Shown: positions 1-8,774, numbered from the stretch's first letter. The stretch: 36,789 bases of DNA from Dokdonella sp. (GCA_039919785.1 JBDSFA010000292.1:1-36789), one strand, 5' to 3'. Numbers and translations: made by a program. The notes: generated from the sequence alone by a model not told the origin.

Positions 1-266
1 TGATTGGCCTCGTACTCGCCTCGGCGTTCTCCGCGATCATCGTCTACGCGCAGGACCTCGTGCCCGGACGCACCGGCGTGATCGCAGGCCTGTTCTTCGG
101 CTTCGCGTTCGGCATGGGCGGCATTGGTGCAGCGGTGTTGGGGCAACTCGCTGACCATATCGGCATCGAGGCGGTCTACGGCATCTGCGCCTATCTGCCG
201 GCAATCGGTTTGCTTGCCTGGTTTCTGCCATCGCTTGAACGACCGCAGATAACCCGCGCTGGGTAG
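1..266 (+). CDS. fsr: MFS transporter, fosmidomycin-resistance (Fsr)-like, 3' end only
   Basis: Frame 3 is open from the window edge: IGLVLASAFSAIIVYAQDLVPGRTGVIAGLFFGFAFGMGGIGAAVLGQLAD, the characteristic Fsr C-terminal helices. TAG at 264-266. Confidence 0.85.
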   Translation, partial: IGLVLASAFSAIIVYAQDLVPGRTGVIAGLFFGFAFGMGGIGAAVLGQLADHIGIEAVYGICAYLPAIGLLAWFLPSLERPQITRAG

Positions 267-276
267 ATCACTGGTG

Positions 277-474
277 GGAGCAGCTGTCTGGAGGAGCGGC
301 TTCAGCCACGATGCTTTTGACCATTGCCGCAAGCAGGAGGATCGCGGCTGAAGCCGCTCCTGCAAATTCTTCAGTCCTTCCCTTCAAGGGGAGGGTTGGG
401 TGGGGATGGTGTAGCTCGGTGTAAATCCACGCCTGAGCATCGCGGCTGAAGCCGCTCCTACAGACAGTTGCTCC
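277..474. repeat. Composite REP/REPIN-like element: 39-bp terminal inverted repeats enclosing a third REP and a BoxC-like module
   Basis: 277-315 is the reverse complement of 436-474 at 36/39 positions. REP core GGAGCGGC-TTCA-GCCGCGA also occurs at 341-364. CCCTTCAAGGGGAGGGTTGGGTGGGGATGGTG module at 376-412. Lies between convergent fsr and hutG. Confidence 0.9.
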
Positions 475-510
475 TAAGAACGGCATCCATGGGCATTCCC
501 AGGGATTGGT

Positions 511-1293
511 TCAAGGAAGACAATTCTCCAGCAAGCAGCGGATCACGGCCTGTGTCGGCGCCGCGCGTTCGGGCATGAACTCGAACGAGGCCTCATCCAT
601 ATAGTTAAGCTGTGTCAGCTCAAGCTGCACGGCATCCACACCGTCATCAGGACAACCATAGTGGCGCGTGATGTAACCGCCCTTGAAACGACCGTTCGCA
701 ACATGCGTGTAATCGCGAGTTGCGCTGAGCACGCCAACCAGCCTCTTCTGCAGCATGGCTGAACAACTTTCGCCGTTGGCCGTGCCGAGATTGAAGTCGG
801 GCAGCCGGCCATCGAACAGGAACGGCACCACGCTGCGGATCGAATGGCCCTCCCACAACACGACGCGACCGTGCGCTTCCCGCAATCGCGCTATCTCATC
901 GGCGAGCGCCGCGTGATACGGCTTCCAGTACGTTTCGATGCGTGCCGCAATCTCGTCGCTGCGCGGCTCGGCTCCTGCCTGGTAGATCGGCTCGCCGCTG
1001 AACTGCACGATCGGACACAGCCCCGTTGTGTTCTGCCCCGGATACAACGATGCGTTGTCGGACGGCCGGTTGAGGTCGACGACGTAGCGCGAATAGATCG
1101 GCACGATCATCGATGCGCCAAGTTCGCGCGCGAACTCATACAGGCGGGAGACGTGCCAGTCGGTATCCGGCACGAGCCGCGCATGCGGTGTCATCCGCGC
1201 CGCTATGTCATCGGGAAGCGCGGTGCCATCGTGCGGCAGACTGATCAGCAGCGGCGCGGTGCCGCGATGCAGGGTGCAGGAGTCAACGATCAT
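511..1293 (-). CDS. hutG: N-formylglutamate deformylase
   Basis: PLLISLPHDG, DTDWHV, SRYVVDLNRP, YWKPYHAAL, EGHSIRS, NGRFKGGYITRHYG and AVQLEL motifs; 260 aa. Confidence 0.93.
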   Translation of the reverse strand: MIVDSCTLHRGTAPLLISLPHDGTALPDDIAARMTPHARLVPDTDWHVSRLYEFARELGASMIVPIYSRYVVDLNRPSDNASLYPGQNTTGLCPIVQFSGEPIYQAGAEPRSDEIAARIETYWKPYHAALADEIARLREAHGRVVLWEGHSIRSVVPFLFDGRLPDFNLGTANGESCSAMLQKRLVGVLSATRDYTHVANGRFKGGYITRHYGCPDDGVDAVQLELTQLNYMDEASFEFMPERAAPTQAVIRCLLENCLP

Positions 1294-1441
1294 CGCTTGA
1301 TTGTAGCGCCGCTGGAGCGGCTTGTTTACGCGTAGCCGCTGTCGTGACCCATTCGTTTCCCATTCCGCTCGGAAACTGGACCGTCGGCTTCATCGAAGTC
1401 CGGCGTAGACTCGGCGGCGAACGTTTGGAAAGGCATTGGAC

Positions 1442-2848
1442 ATGCCCCGGTGCCGAGTGCCTCCGTTGATCGCTCTTTTTGCATTCCCGCTTTGCTGCTG
1501 GATTGCCATAGCAGCAGCGACCGAGCCCGCAACCGATGCGGGAAAAATCGGGATCGAGGTCTACGCGCAACTGACCAGCGCACCGTACGCGAATGTAGTG
1601 GTCGCGCTGACGCCGCCGTCCGGGGCGCTGGATGCCACTCAGCGGCTGTCACGCACGCGGGAAATAGCCGCGAACGTGGATGCACTTCTCGCGACAATGC
1701 CGGCAGGCAGTTACCGGATGCGGCGAAGGTTCGAGCATGTCGCCGCGCTCTCGATGGATATTGATGCGACAGGCCTGGATCTCCTTCAATGCAGCACGCG
1801 CGTGCTGCGTGTCGACCTGGATGTCGGTGGTCGTGCGCAGATGAATCAGGCGGCGCGTCTGGCGCGCATCAGCAACGTGCGCAGCCGCGGTTTCACCGGC
1901 CAACTGGTCAAGACCGTGGTGATCGATTCCGGCGCGCAGCTCGATCATGTCGATCTGGCAGACAGCATCGTTGACCAGCAGTGTTTCTGTTCCAGCGCGA
2001 CAGCCGGTATCGGCTGTTGCCCGAATGGATTGGACACGCAGAGCGGTGCAGGTAGCGACGCGGATGCCGGAGGCCACGGGACCAACGTCACTGGCATCAT
2101 CACTGGCAACGGCAGCAATGCCCCGCAGGGCGGCGCACCCGCAGCCAAGGTGGTGATCGTCCGCGTCCATGACGCCAACGGTGCCTTCTATTCGAGTTCG
2201 GATATCGTGGCCGCACTGGACTGGGTCGCAGCCCACCACGCCAACGCGCGCGCCATCAACATGAGCGTCGGCACGAATACCTTGTTCAGCAGCACGTGAG
2301 ACAGCAGCGCGGCTTACACGATCGCGCTGTCGCAGGCAGTTGCCGCCGTCAATGCCAACGGCGGCGTCATGACGGCTTCATCGGGCAATCAGGCGTCCAC
2401 AACCAGCGTCTCCGCTCCGGCCTGCCTTGCCAACGTGATCGCTGTCGGTGCCGTGTGGGACGCTGCGATGGCGAATCAGACGTTTCTCGGCTGCACCGAC
2501 ACAGGCATTGTCGCGGACATACGGACCTGTTTCACCAACAGCAATTCGAAAGTCGCGCTGTACGCACCGGGTGCGTATACCACCGCGACCGGTCTGGACA
2601 TCGATCCCTTTACGGTCGGCTTCAGCTCGACCTACGGCGGCACATCGCAGGCATCGCCCCTGCTCGCCGCATGCGTGGCAGATCTGTTTCAGTTGCGACC
2701 AAATCTCACGCCAGCCCAGGTAAAGGCAGCCTTGATCGCCTCGGATGTGCATGTCGTGGATCCGAAGAACGGTCTTTCTTTTCCGCGGCTGAACTGCGAA
2801 AAGGCGCTGACCGATCTTGATCGGATCTTCGCGAACGGATTCGACTGA
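1442..2848 (+). pseudogene. Secreted S8 subtilase (signal peptide, propeptide, catalytic domain) interrupted by one in-frame TGA at 2297-2299; pseudogene, sequencing error or recoded
   Basis: ORFs 1436..2299 and 2369..2848 are in the same frame and read continuously (LFSST*DSSAAYTIALSQAVAAVNANGGVMTASSGN). Triad and oxyanion motifs are intact: VIDSG, GHGTNVTG, SSGN, GGTSQASP. Ends in DRIFANGFD. Confidence 0.85.
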
Positions 2849-2937
2849 GTCGTTGCCCCCTGCAGGGTTTGCACGCTGACAAGGAACGATCCACCTGCTA
2901 CAGGTGGCCGAGAACGCGCAATTTTTCGCACAAATTT

Positions 2938-3237
2938 TCAGTTTTTTCTGCGCGGACGAAAGACCAGCGGCAACGCCTCGGCGGGTTTCGCTGCTGCCGC
3001 GCAACCGCCACATGACGAGCAGCCATCACCACAACTGCCGCCGCTGCTGCTGCGCGGCTGCATGCGCCGGGCGACTGCACGCAGCCAGAGCGGCAACGCT
3101 GCATGATCGAACAGGCCGACAAGGCGAACCTGCGCGCGCCGGCTCGCAACCGGCAGCAGACGATGCATCGCAACGACTGCACTCCAGCCCACGATCAGCG
3201 CAACCACAACCGCCTGCACCAGCATTGGCGTGGTCAT
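2938..3237 (-). CDS. FeoB-associated small Cys-rich membrane protein (DUF6587-like)
   Basis: ATG overlaps the feoB stop (ATGA). N-terminal TM helix, CGDGCSSCGGC motif, basic tail PLVFRPRRKN; 99 aa. Confidence 0.8.
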   Translation of the reverse strand: MTTPMLVQAVVVALIVGWSAVVAMHRLLPVASRRAQVRLVGLFDHAALPLWLRAVARRMQPRSSSGGSCGDGCSSCGGCAAAAKPAEALPLVFRPRRKN

Positions 3238-5159
3238 GTGAGTGCCTTCGCAATCTGGTATGTCGCGAGCGACGCGAGATACGCGAGGCCGAACAGATAC
3301 CCAGCCGTGATCCACACATTGCGCCAGGAATTTGTCTCGCGCCGGATCAGCGCGAGCGTCGACATGCATTGCGGCGCAAACACGTACCAGGCCAGCAACG
3401 ACAATGCAGTCGCGAGCGACCATTGCGACGCGATCACGGCGCCCAGCTGGGTCGTGGCGGCATCATCCGCGACTGACATCGCATAGACCGTCGCCAGCGA
3501 GGACACCGCGACTTCGCGCGCTGCCAGGCCTGGAATCAGCGCAATGCAGATCTGCCAGTTGAAGCCAATCGGCGCGAACAGATGCGTCATCCAGTGCCCG
3601 ATGCGTCCGGCGAAGCTGTAGTCGATCGGCGGCAACGTCGCATCCACCGGCGGTGCGGGGAAACTCGACAGGAACCACAGCAGCACCGTCAGCGCGAGAA
3701 TGATGCCGCCGACCCGACGCAGGAAAATCTTCGCGCGATCCCACAGGCCAATCGCGATATTGAGCGGATGCGGCAGACGATACGACGGCAACTCCATCAG
3801 CAAGGCGTGCTCGCTCTTGTCGCGCCGCATGCGCTTGATGACGTAAGCAACGGCGAGTGCACTGGCGATGCCGGCGAAGTACAGCGTGAAGAGCACCACG
3901 CCTTGCAGGTTGAACAGACCAAAGACGTCGTGACGCGGGATGAACGCGGCGATCAACAAGGTGTAGACCGGCAGGCGCGCTGAGCAGGTCATCAACGGAG
4001 CAACCAGAATCGTGGTCAGGCGATCGCGTGGATCAGCAATGCTGCGTGTCGCCATGATGCCGGGAATCGCACAGGCGAAACTCGACAGCAAGGGAATGAA
4101 AGAGCGACCGGTCAAGCCGGCAGCGAACATGAGTCGATCGAGCAGAAACGCCGCGCGCGGAAGGTAACCCGATTCCTCCAGCGCGAGAATGAAGAGGAAC
4201 AGAATCAGGATCTGCGGCAGGAATGCGAGCACCGCGCCGAGGCCGGCGAACACACCGTCATTGACCAGGCTACGCAGCAGCGGCATCGGCGCGAGCAGGT
4301 CGCCGACCCAAGCTCCGGCCGCGGTAACACCCGCTGTGAGCGCATCCTGCAGCGGGGTTGCCCAAGAAAACACCGCCTGAAAAATCAGGAACATCACCAC
4401 GCCGAGGATTGCCAGACCGGCGACCGGATGTAGCACTATGCGGTCCAGTGCATCGTCGACGATCGAGGTCGCGCTTGGCATCGTGACCGCGCCGGAGAGT
4501 AACGCGCGCACCTGCGCGTGCAGGTCCATCTCGCCGTCTGCTGTGGGAGCGCCGGAAGGAGCGAAGCCATCCGAGTTGGGCGAAGAAAAAAGCATCGCGT
4601 CTTCCGGCGCTCCCACACGGGCTACGACAGGAACCTGCTCGGCCAGCATATCGAGACGTTCGATCAGCGCCTTCGCGCCGCCTCGCTGCACCGCAATGGT
4701 CTCGACCACCGGCATGCGGAGTGCGCTTTCCAGCGCAGCGATATCGATGCCGATGCCACGTTTGCGTGCGGCGTCCATCATGTTGAGCGCGAGCACCATC
4801 GGGCGGCCGAGGCGCTTGACCTCCAGAACGAAGCGCAAGTGCAAACGCAGATTGGTTGCATCGGCGACACAGACGATCAGGTCCGGCGTTGCCTCACCCG
4901 GATAGCGCCCTTCGCAGATATCGCGCGTGATCGCCTCGTCCGGACTCGCCGCATCGAAACTGTAGGCACCTGGAAGATCCAGCAATTGCAGCACGCGACC
5001 GGAAGGCGCCACGAAGCGACCTTCCTTGCGTTCCACCGTGACGCCGGCGTAGTTGGCGACCTTCTGGCGATTGCCCGTCAACCGATTGAACAGCGCGGTC
5101 TTGCCGCAATTGGGATTGCCGACGAGTGCGATCCGCATCGGCACGGCGGCGGCATTCAC
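3234..5159 (-). CDS. feoB: Ferrous iron transport protein B
   Basis: G1 GNPNCGKT, G2 YAGVTVE, G3 DLPG, G4 NMMD; gate motifs EESGY, FACAIPG, CSARLP, AAREV, PQC. GTG overlaps the feoA stop. Confidence 0.96.
   Translation of the reverse strand: MNAAAVPMRIALVGNPNCGKTALFNRLTGNRQKVANYAGVTVERKEGRFVAPSGRVLQLLDLPGAYSFDAASPDEAITRDICEGRYPGEATPDLIVCVADATNLRLHLRFVLEVKRLGRPMVLALNMMDAARKRGIGIDIAALESALRMPVVETIAVQRGGAKALIERLDMLAEQVPVVARVGAPEDAMLFSSPNSDGFAPSGAPTADGEMDLHAQVRALLSGAVTMPSATSIVDDALDRIVLHPVAGLAILGVVMFLIFQAVFSWATPLQDALTAGVTAAGAWVGDLLAPMPLLRSLVNDGVFAGLGAVLAFLPQILILFLFILALEESGYLPRAAFLLDRLMFAAGLTGRSFIPLLSSFACAIPGIMATRSIADPRDRLTTILVAPLMTCSARLPVYTLLIAAFIPRHDVFGLFNLQGVVLFTLYFAGIASALAVAYVIKRMRRDKSEHALLMELPSYRLPHPLNIAIGLWDRAKIFLRRVGGIILALTVLLWFLSSFPAPPVDATLPPIDYSFAGRIGHWMTHLFAPIGFNWQICIALIPGLAAREVAVSSLATVYAMSVADDAATTQLGAVIASQWSLATALSLLAWYVFAPQCMSTLALIRRETNSWRNVWITAGYLFGLAYLASLATYQIAKALT
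4542..4617. repeat. REP doublet (inverted pair) inserted in frame within feoB
   Basis: Arms 4542-4567 and 4592-4617 are reverse complements at 23/26 positions (TGTGGGAGCGCCGGAAG perfect for 17 bp). The same unit occurs intergenically at 29283-29309. Confidence 0.9.
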
Positions 5160-5401
5160 GTCGCAGTTCCATTGACCAATCGAACGCGCGCGGCCTCTGA
5201 GCGGCGCAGCGCAAAACGCGTGAATCCAATCTGCACCAGCACGGGATCCCCGCCAACGGGGCCGCAAGCCACCACCCGCACCGGCTCACCGTTGACGAAG
5301 CCGAGCTCGCGCAAACGCCGAGCAATCGGGTCCGCGGCATGAGCCTCTTCGACTTCGCTCACCACGGCGGAAGCACCCTTCTTCAATTCGGACAGGCGCA
5401 C
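5156..5401 (-). CDS. feoA: Ferrous iron transport protein A
   Basis: RRLRELGFVNGEPVRVV...GGDPVLVQIGFTRFALRRSEA; 81 aa; immediately upstream of feoB. Confidence 0.95.
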   Translation of the reverse strand: MRLSELKKGASAVVSEVEEAHAADPIARRLRELGFVNGEPVRVVACGPVGGDPVLVQIGFTRFALRRSEAARVRLVNGTAT

Positions 5402-5417
5402 TCTTGGACTGCATGCA

Positions 5418-5439
5418 AATAAGAATGGTTCGCATTATA
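5418..5439 (-). promoter_or_regulatory. Fur box overlapping a TATAAT -10 element of feoA
   Basis: Minus strand TATAATGCGAACCATTCTTATT: a perfect TATAAT (5439-5434) overlapping an AT-rich 9-1-9 imperfect palindrome AATGCGAAC-C-ATTCTTATT. It ends 16 bp before the feoA start. Fur control of feo is established. Confidence 0.8.
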
Positions 5440-5867
5440 CGCTTTTGACGACTTTCACGCAGGCCGAGCAGTCCAGGCCTTTACTTCCGCCTCAGCACCG
5501 CGGCAACGTTTCTCGTCGAAGCTGGCGCCAATGCGGGCACGACCTGTGCAACCGCGGTCGGTGCGCTGAACAGGACCGAGGTCACCAGCAGCAAATGATG
5601 CCGGGGAAATTCGGCATCGGCGTGCTGCCGTCGCGGTTCATTCCGATGAGCTTGCTGGCCATTCGTCGGTGTTGCTCGTCGAGTTGCACAGCCGACCGAA
5701 CCACGGTTGGGCACTCCACTCACACGTCGCCAGCGCAGCACGGCTCCGCGCAGAGACGATCACGCGTACCTCAGCTTCGCCACATCGGTGGCGCAGCCGT
5801 CGCGGACCAGCGCCTCCAGCGCGCGCGATGTCGCTATCATCGGCGACTGGCCTGCGAGGAAAACGGC

Positions 5868-6665
5868 ATGAGCGACGCGGTACTTGTCACCATCAGCGGC
5901 AGCACGGCCACGATTTCGATGAACCGGGCCCAGGTGCACAACGCGTTCGACGACGCCTTGATTGCAGACCTGACCGCTGCCCTCGACGACTGCGCGCGCG
6001 ATGCCGTCGTGCGCGCAGTCGTGCTCACCGGCACCGGCGCCTCGTTCTCGGCGGGCGCAGACCTCAACTGGATGCGCGGCATGGCGCAGGCGAGTGAAGC
6101 GGACAATCGTGCCGATTCGCTGCGCCTGGCGACGCTGATGCGCACGCTCAATTTCCTGCCCAAGCCGACCATTGCGCGCGTCAACGGCTCCGCCTATGGC
6201 GGCGGCGTCGGCCTCGTTGCGTGCTGCGATATTGCCATCGGCGTCGACAACGCGAAGTTTTCGCTCAGCGAGGTCAAGCTCGGTCTGGTGCCCGCCGTTA
6301 TCTCGCCCTACGTGATCGCTGCCATCGGCGTGCGCCAGGCGCGCAAGCTCTTCATCAGCGGTGAAGTGTTCGATGCCGCAACCGCCGCACGCATTGGCTT
6401 GCTGCACGATGCAGTCGCGCCCGATCAACTCGACCAAGCGATGGATCGCACCTTGCATTTTCTGGGCAAGGGCGGACCCGCCGCCCAGACCGAAGCCAAG
6501 CACCTTGCGCTGCGCGTGGGCGGCATGACGCGCGCGTCAGCTGAAATCACCGACGCCGAAAATGCCGAACTGATCGCGCGGCTGCGCGTGTCGGAAGAAG
6601 GCCAAAGCGGTCTCGCGGCGTTTCTCGACAAGCGTGCGCCGCATTGGGTTGCATCGAAAACCTAG
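5868..6665 (+). CDS. liuC: Enoyl-CoA hydratase/crotonase, methylglutaconyl-CoA hydratase (LiuC)-like
   Basis: NRAQVHNAFD, FSAGADLNWM, YGGGVGLVACCD, SEVKLGLVPAVISPY. GAGGA RBS before ATG 5868. Near liuD and liuE. Confidence 0.85.
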   Translation: MSDAVLVTISGSTATISMNRAQVHNAFDDALIADLTAALDDCARDAVVRAVVLTGTGASFSAGADLNWMRGMAQASEADNRADSLRLATLMRTLNFLPKPTIARVNGSAYGGGVGLVACCDIAIGVDNAKFSLSEVKLGLVPAVISPYVIAAIGVRQARKLFISGEVFDAATAARIGLLHDAVAPDQLDQAMDRTLHFLGKGGPAAQTEAKHLALRVGGMTRASAEITDAENAELIARLRVSEEGQSGLAAFLDKRAPHWVASKT

Positions 6666-6724
6666 CCATGGCCGATCGCAGCGCAATGGCTGCGATTCGC
6701 CGACACCATAAAGGAATCGACGTG

Positions 6725-7105
6725 ATGATCCGCCCCGGCGCCGTGATCTATGCCAAGGATCTTGACCGGCTCAGCGCGTTCTATGTCGCTGTAACTGCGC
6801 TTTCTGTGATCAATGACCAACGCGACCATGTCGTGCTCGAAGGTGGCGGATTCGAGCTTGTCGTCGTCGCAATTCCCGCGCGCATCGCGCAACGGATAGA
6901 CATCGAGAACCCACCCGTGCGACGGGAGGAATCTCCGATCAAGCTGATTTTCGTCGTAAGCAGCATCGCGGCCGCGCGCATGCTTGCACCGATCCACGGC
7001 GGCGAACTCAATCCAGCCGAATTGGAGTGGGAGCTGCCGGGCGGCCGCGTCTGCGATGGCCACGACCCGGAGGGCAATGTGATTCAGCTGCGGGAAATCA
7101 CTTGA
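6725..7105 (+). CDS. VOC/glyoxalase family protein
   Basis: AVIYAKDLDRLSAFY...CDGHDPEGNVIQL; AAGGA RBS; start could be GTG 6722. Confidence 0.85.
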   Translation: MIRPGAVIYAKDLDRLSAFYVAVTALSVINDQRDHVVLEGGGFELVVVAIPARIAQRIDIENPPVRREESPIKLIFVVSSIAAARMLAPIHGGELNPAELEWELPGGRVCDGHDPEGNVIQLREIT

Positions 7106-7172
7106 GCCAAGCGAGCCGTCCGCGCAGACTCGACAGATGGTCAGCTGCTACCTGGTCCATCACGACTACTGC

Positions 7173-8696
7173 TCAATCGTCGGGAAATTGAAGTAGTTCG
7201 GGCACATGCGCGGCATAGGCGCGCCAACGCCCGACGGAACGCGCATGCACCGGTTGGCGCGCCTGCCATGCACTCGCGGTACTGATGATGCGCGGCGCAT
7301 CCGGCACCGCCATCCAGTCGATCGATGACAAGCCGATCCATTCGCCGAGTGCGCGCGTGGTCGCTTCCGGATTTCCGACGAATTCCTCGTAGCGCACTTC
7401 GCGGAGCGCGTCCGGATGGCGTTTGCGCACCGCAGTGAGCAGGCGCTCGTCGGCGTGTGCGACGGCAGCGATATGGTCGAAGTCATACGCGAACGCCTGC
7501 TCGCGACCGGCGAAATGCTGCATCCAGATCGACAACGCGGTGTCGCGGGAGTTACGCCGGCAATGGATGATCCGCGCTTGCGGGAACAGTGCAAGAATCA
7601 GGTCGAGATGCAGGAAATTCAGCGGTTGCTTGTCGATGAACCAATGCGCGTCGGTATCGTCCTGGCGCACCTGCGTTCGATACGCTGCGGCCGCCTGCGT
7701 GAGCGCATCGGCGGGTTTCGGCGCGCGCGCAACCTCACCTGCGAGATGCGCGATCCAGTTGAGTTCGCCGCGATTGCACACGGACGGATGCCGCGCCAGC
7801 CATTCGGCAACGAGGGTCGTGCCCGAGCGCGGCAGGCCGACGATGAAGATCGGCGCGAAGTCGTTCGGTCTATCCGCACTCGTGGGCAGCGGCTTCGCAT
7901 CGAGTCGCGCCGAGACGAGTCGGCGCCAGTTCTTGCGCGACCAATCGACCTGTGCCGCGACGATCCGGTTCGCTTCGCGCAAATGGATCGCCGCCTGCGC
8001 ATGGTCGCCGATGTCGTCGCACATCTTGCCGAGCGCGAACAGCACCGAGGCACGCTCCGCATCGCCGAGTGCGGGTCGATGGAGAAAACCACGCATCAGC
8101 GCAAAGTCCGCATCGTCGGTCTGTGCATAGCGTTTCGACGTGGCATAGCCATAGGCCGATTGCCATTCGAGTGCCCGTGCGTCATGCGCAAGCGCGAACG
8201 CGTAGCGGGTGCGCGCGCGATCGAAGTCACCGGTTTGCATGTGGAGCATGCCGGCGTAAGCGTGCAGGCGCGGATCGTTCGAGCCGGCTTCGATCGCGCG
8301 CTCGACAAGGTCGGCCGCCGCTTGCTTGCGACCGCAATCATCGAGGAGCTCGATCGCCTGGATCAAGAAGCCGACATCGGCCGTCGTGTGCGCAAACAAC
8401 GAGCGCAACGTCGTCTCGACTGCCAGCATCCTGCCCTGCTCTCGCAGGATCTTCGCCAGCAGCAGGCCCGCTGCGACATGGCCTGGATGCTGCGCCAACA
8501 GGGTACGCAAACGCGATTCGGCTTCAGTCACGCGCCTGGCCTGCCATAGCAAGCCGGCCTCGGCGTGTGCCAGCTCGACCGAATCCGGGTGCTCGATCAG
8601 CGCGTCTGAAAACCACGCGAGCGCAGCCGCCGCATCGCCGCGCAATACCAATGCACGCCCCTGCGCGAGCCACGCGTCCGCCGATCGCTTTTGCAT
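7173..8696 (-). CDS. TPR-containing sulfotransferase (Sulfotransfer_3-like)
   Basis: Ala/Leu-rich N-terminal TPR-like helices; PAPS motifs IFIVGLPRSGTT and RNSRDTALS; FIDKQP; TASAWQARQP...SVGRWR. Confidence 0.88.
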   Translation of the reverse strand: MQKRSADAWLAQGRALVLRGDAAAALAWFSDALIEHPDSVELAHAEAGLLWQARRVTEAESRLRTLLAQHPGHVAAGLLLAKILREQGRMLAVETTLRSLFAHTTADVGFLIQAIELLDDCGRKQAAADLVERAIEAGSNDPRLHAYAGMLHMQTGDFDRARTRYAFALAHDARALEWQSAYGYATSKRYAQTDDADFALMRGFLHRPALGDAERASVLFALGKMCDDIGDHAQAAIHLREANRIVAAQVDWSRKNWRRLVSARLDAKPLPTSADRPNDFAPIFIVGLPRSGTTLVAEWLARHPSVCNRGELNWIAHLAGEVARAPKPADALTQAAAAYRTQVRQDDTDAHWFIDKQPLNFLHLDLILALFPQARIIHCRRNSRDTALSIWMQHFAGREQAFAYDFDHIAAVAHADERLLTAVRKRHPDALREVRYEEFVGNPEATTRALGEWIGLSSIDWMAVPDAPRIISTASAWQARQPVHARSVGRWRAYAAHVPELLQFPDD

Positions 8697-8774
8697 CGTC
8701 GATTACCCACTCCGCGACGACCGCGGATGATCGGTCATGCTACCGTAAACGTTCAGCGCGAATGGAGCTCGTCC

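Noticed and set aside
277-474. Possible CRISPR mini-array
   Set aside because: Repeats are inverted, irregularly spaced and dispersed; no cas genes. These are REP-type elements.
268-486. 72-aa ORF, and the similar ORF at 34381..34740
   Set aside because: Translations of the repeat itself; their similarity is explained by the DNA repeat.
2297-2299. Genome-wide UGA reassignment
   Set aside because: Many genes here (feoA, feoB, liuD, liuE, purT, rimO) terminate normally at TGA.
2296-2820. 174-aa ORF starting at the subtilase stop (GTGA overlap) as a separate gene or frameshift product
   Set aside because: Arg-rich off-frame sequence; the subtilase motifs continue in the original frame.
2891-2907. 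Intrinsic terminator CCACCTG-CTA-CAGGTGG
   Set aside because: A 7-bp hairpin between convergent genes with no adjacent U-tract on either strand; too weak to call.
5445-5867. 141-aa N-terminal extension of the enoyl-CoA hydratase
   Set aside because: Homology begins at ATG 5868, which has a good RBS; the extension is not protein-like.
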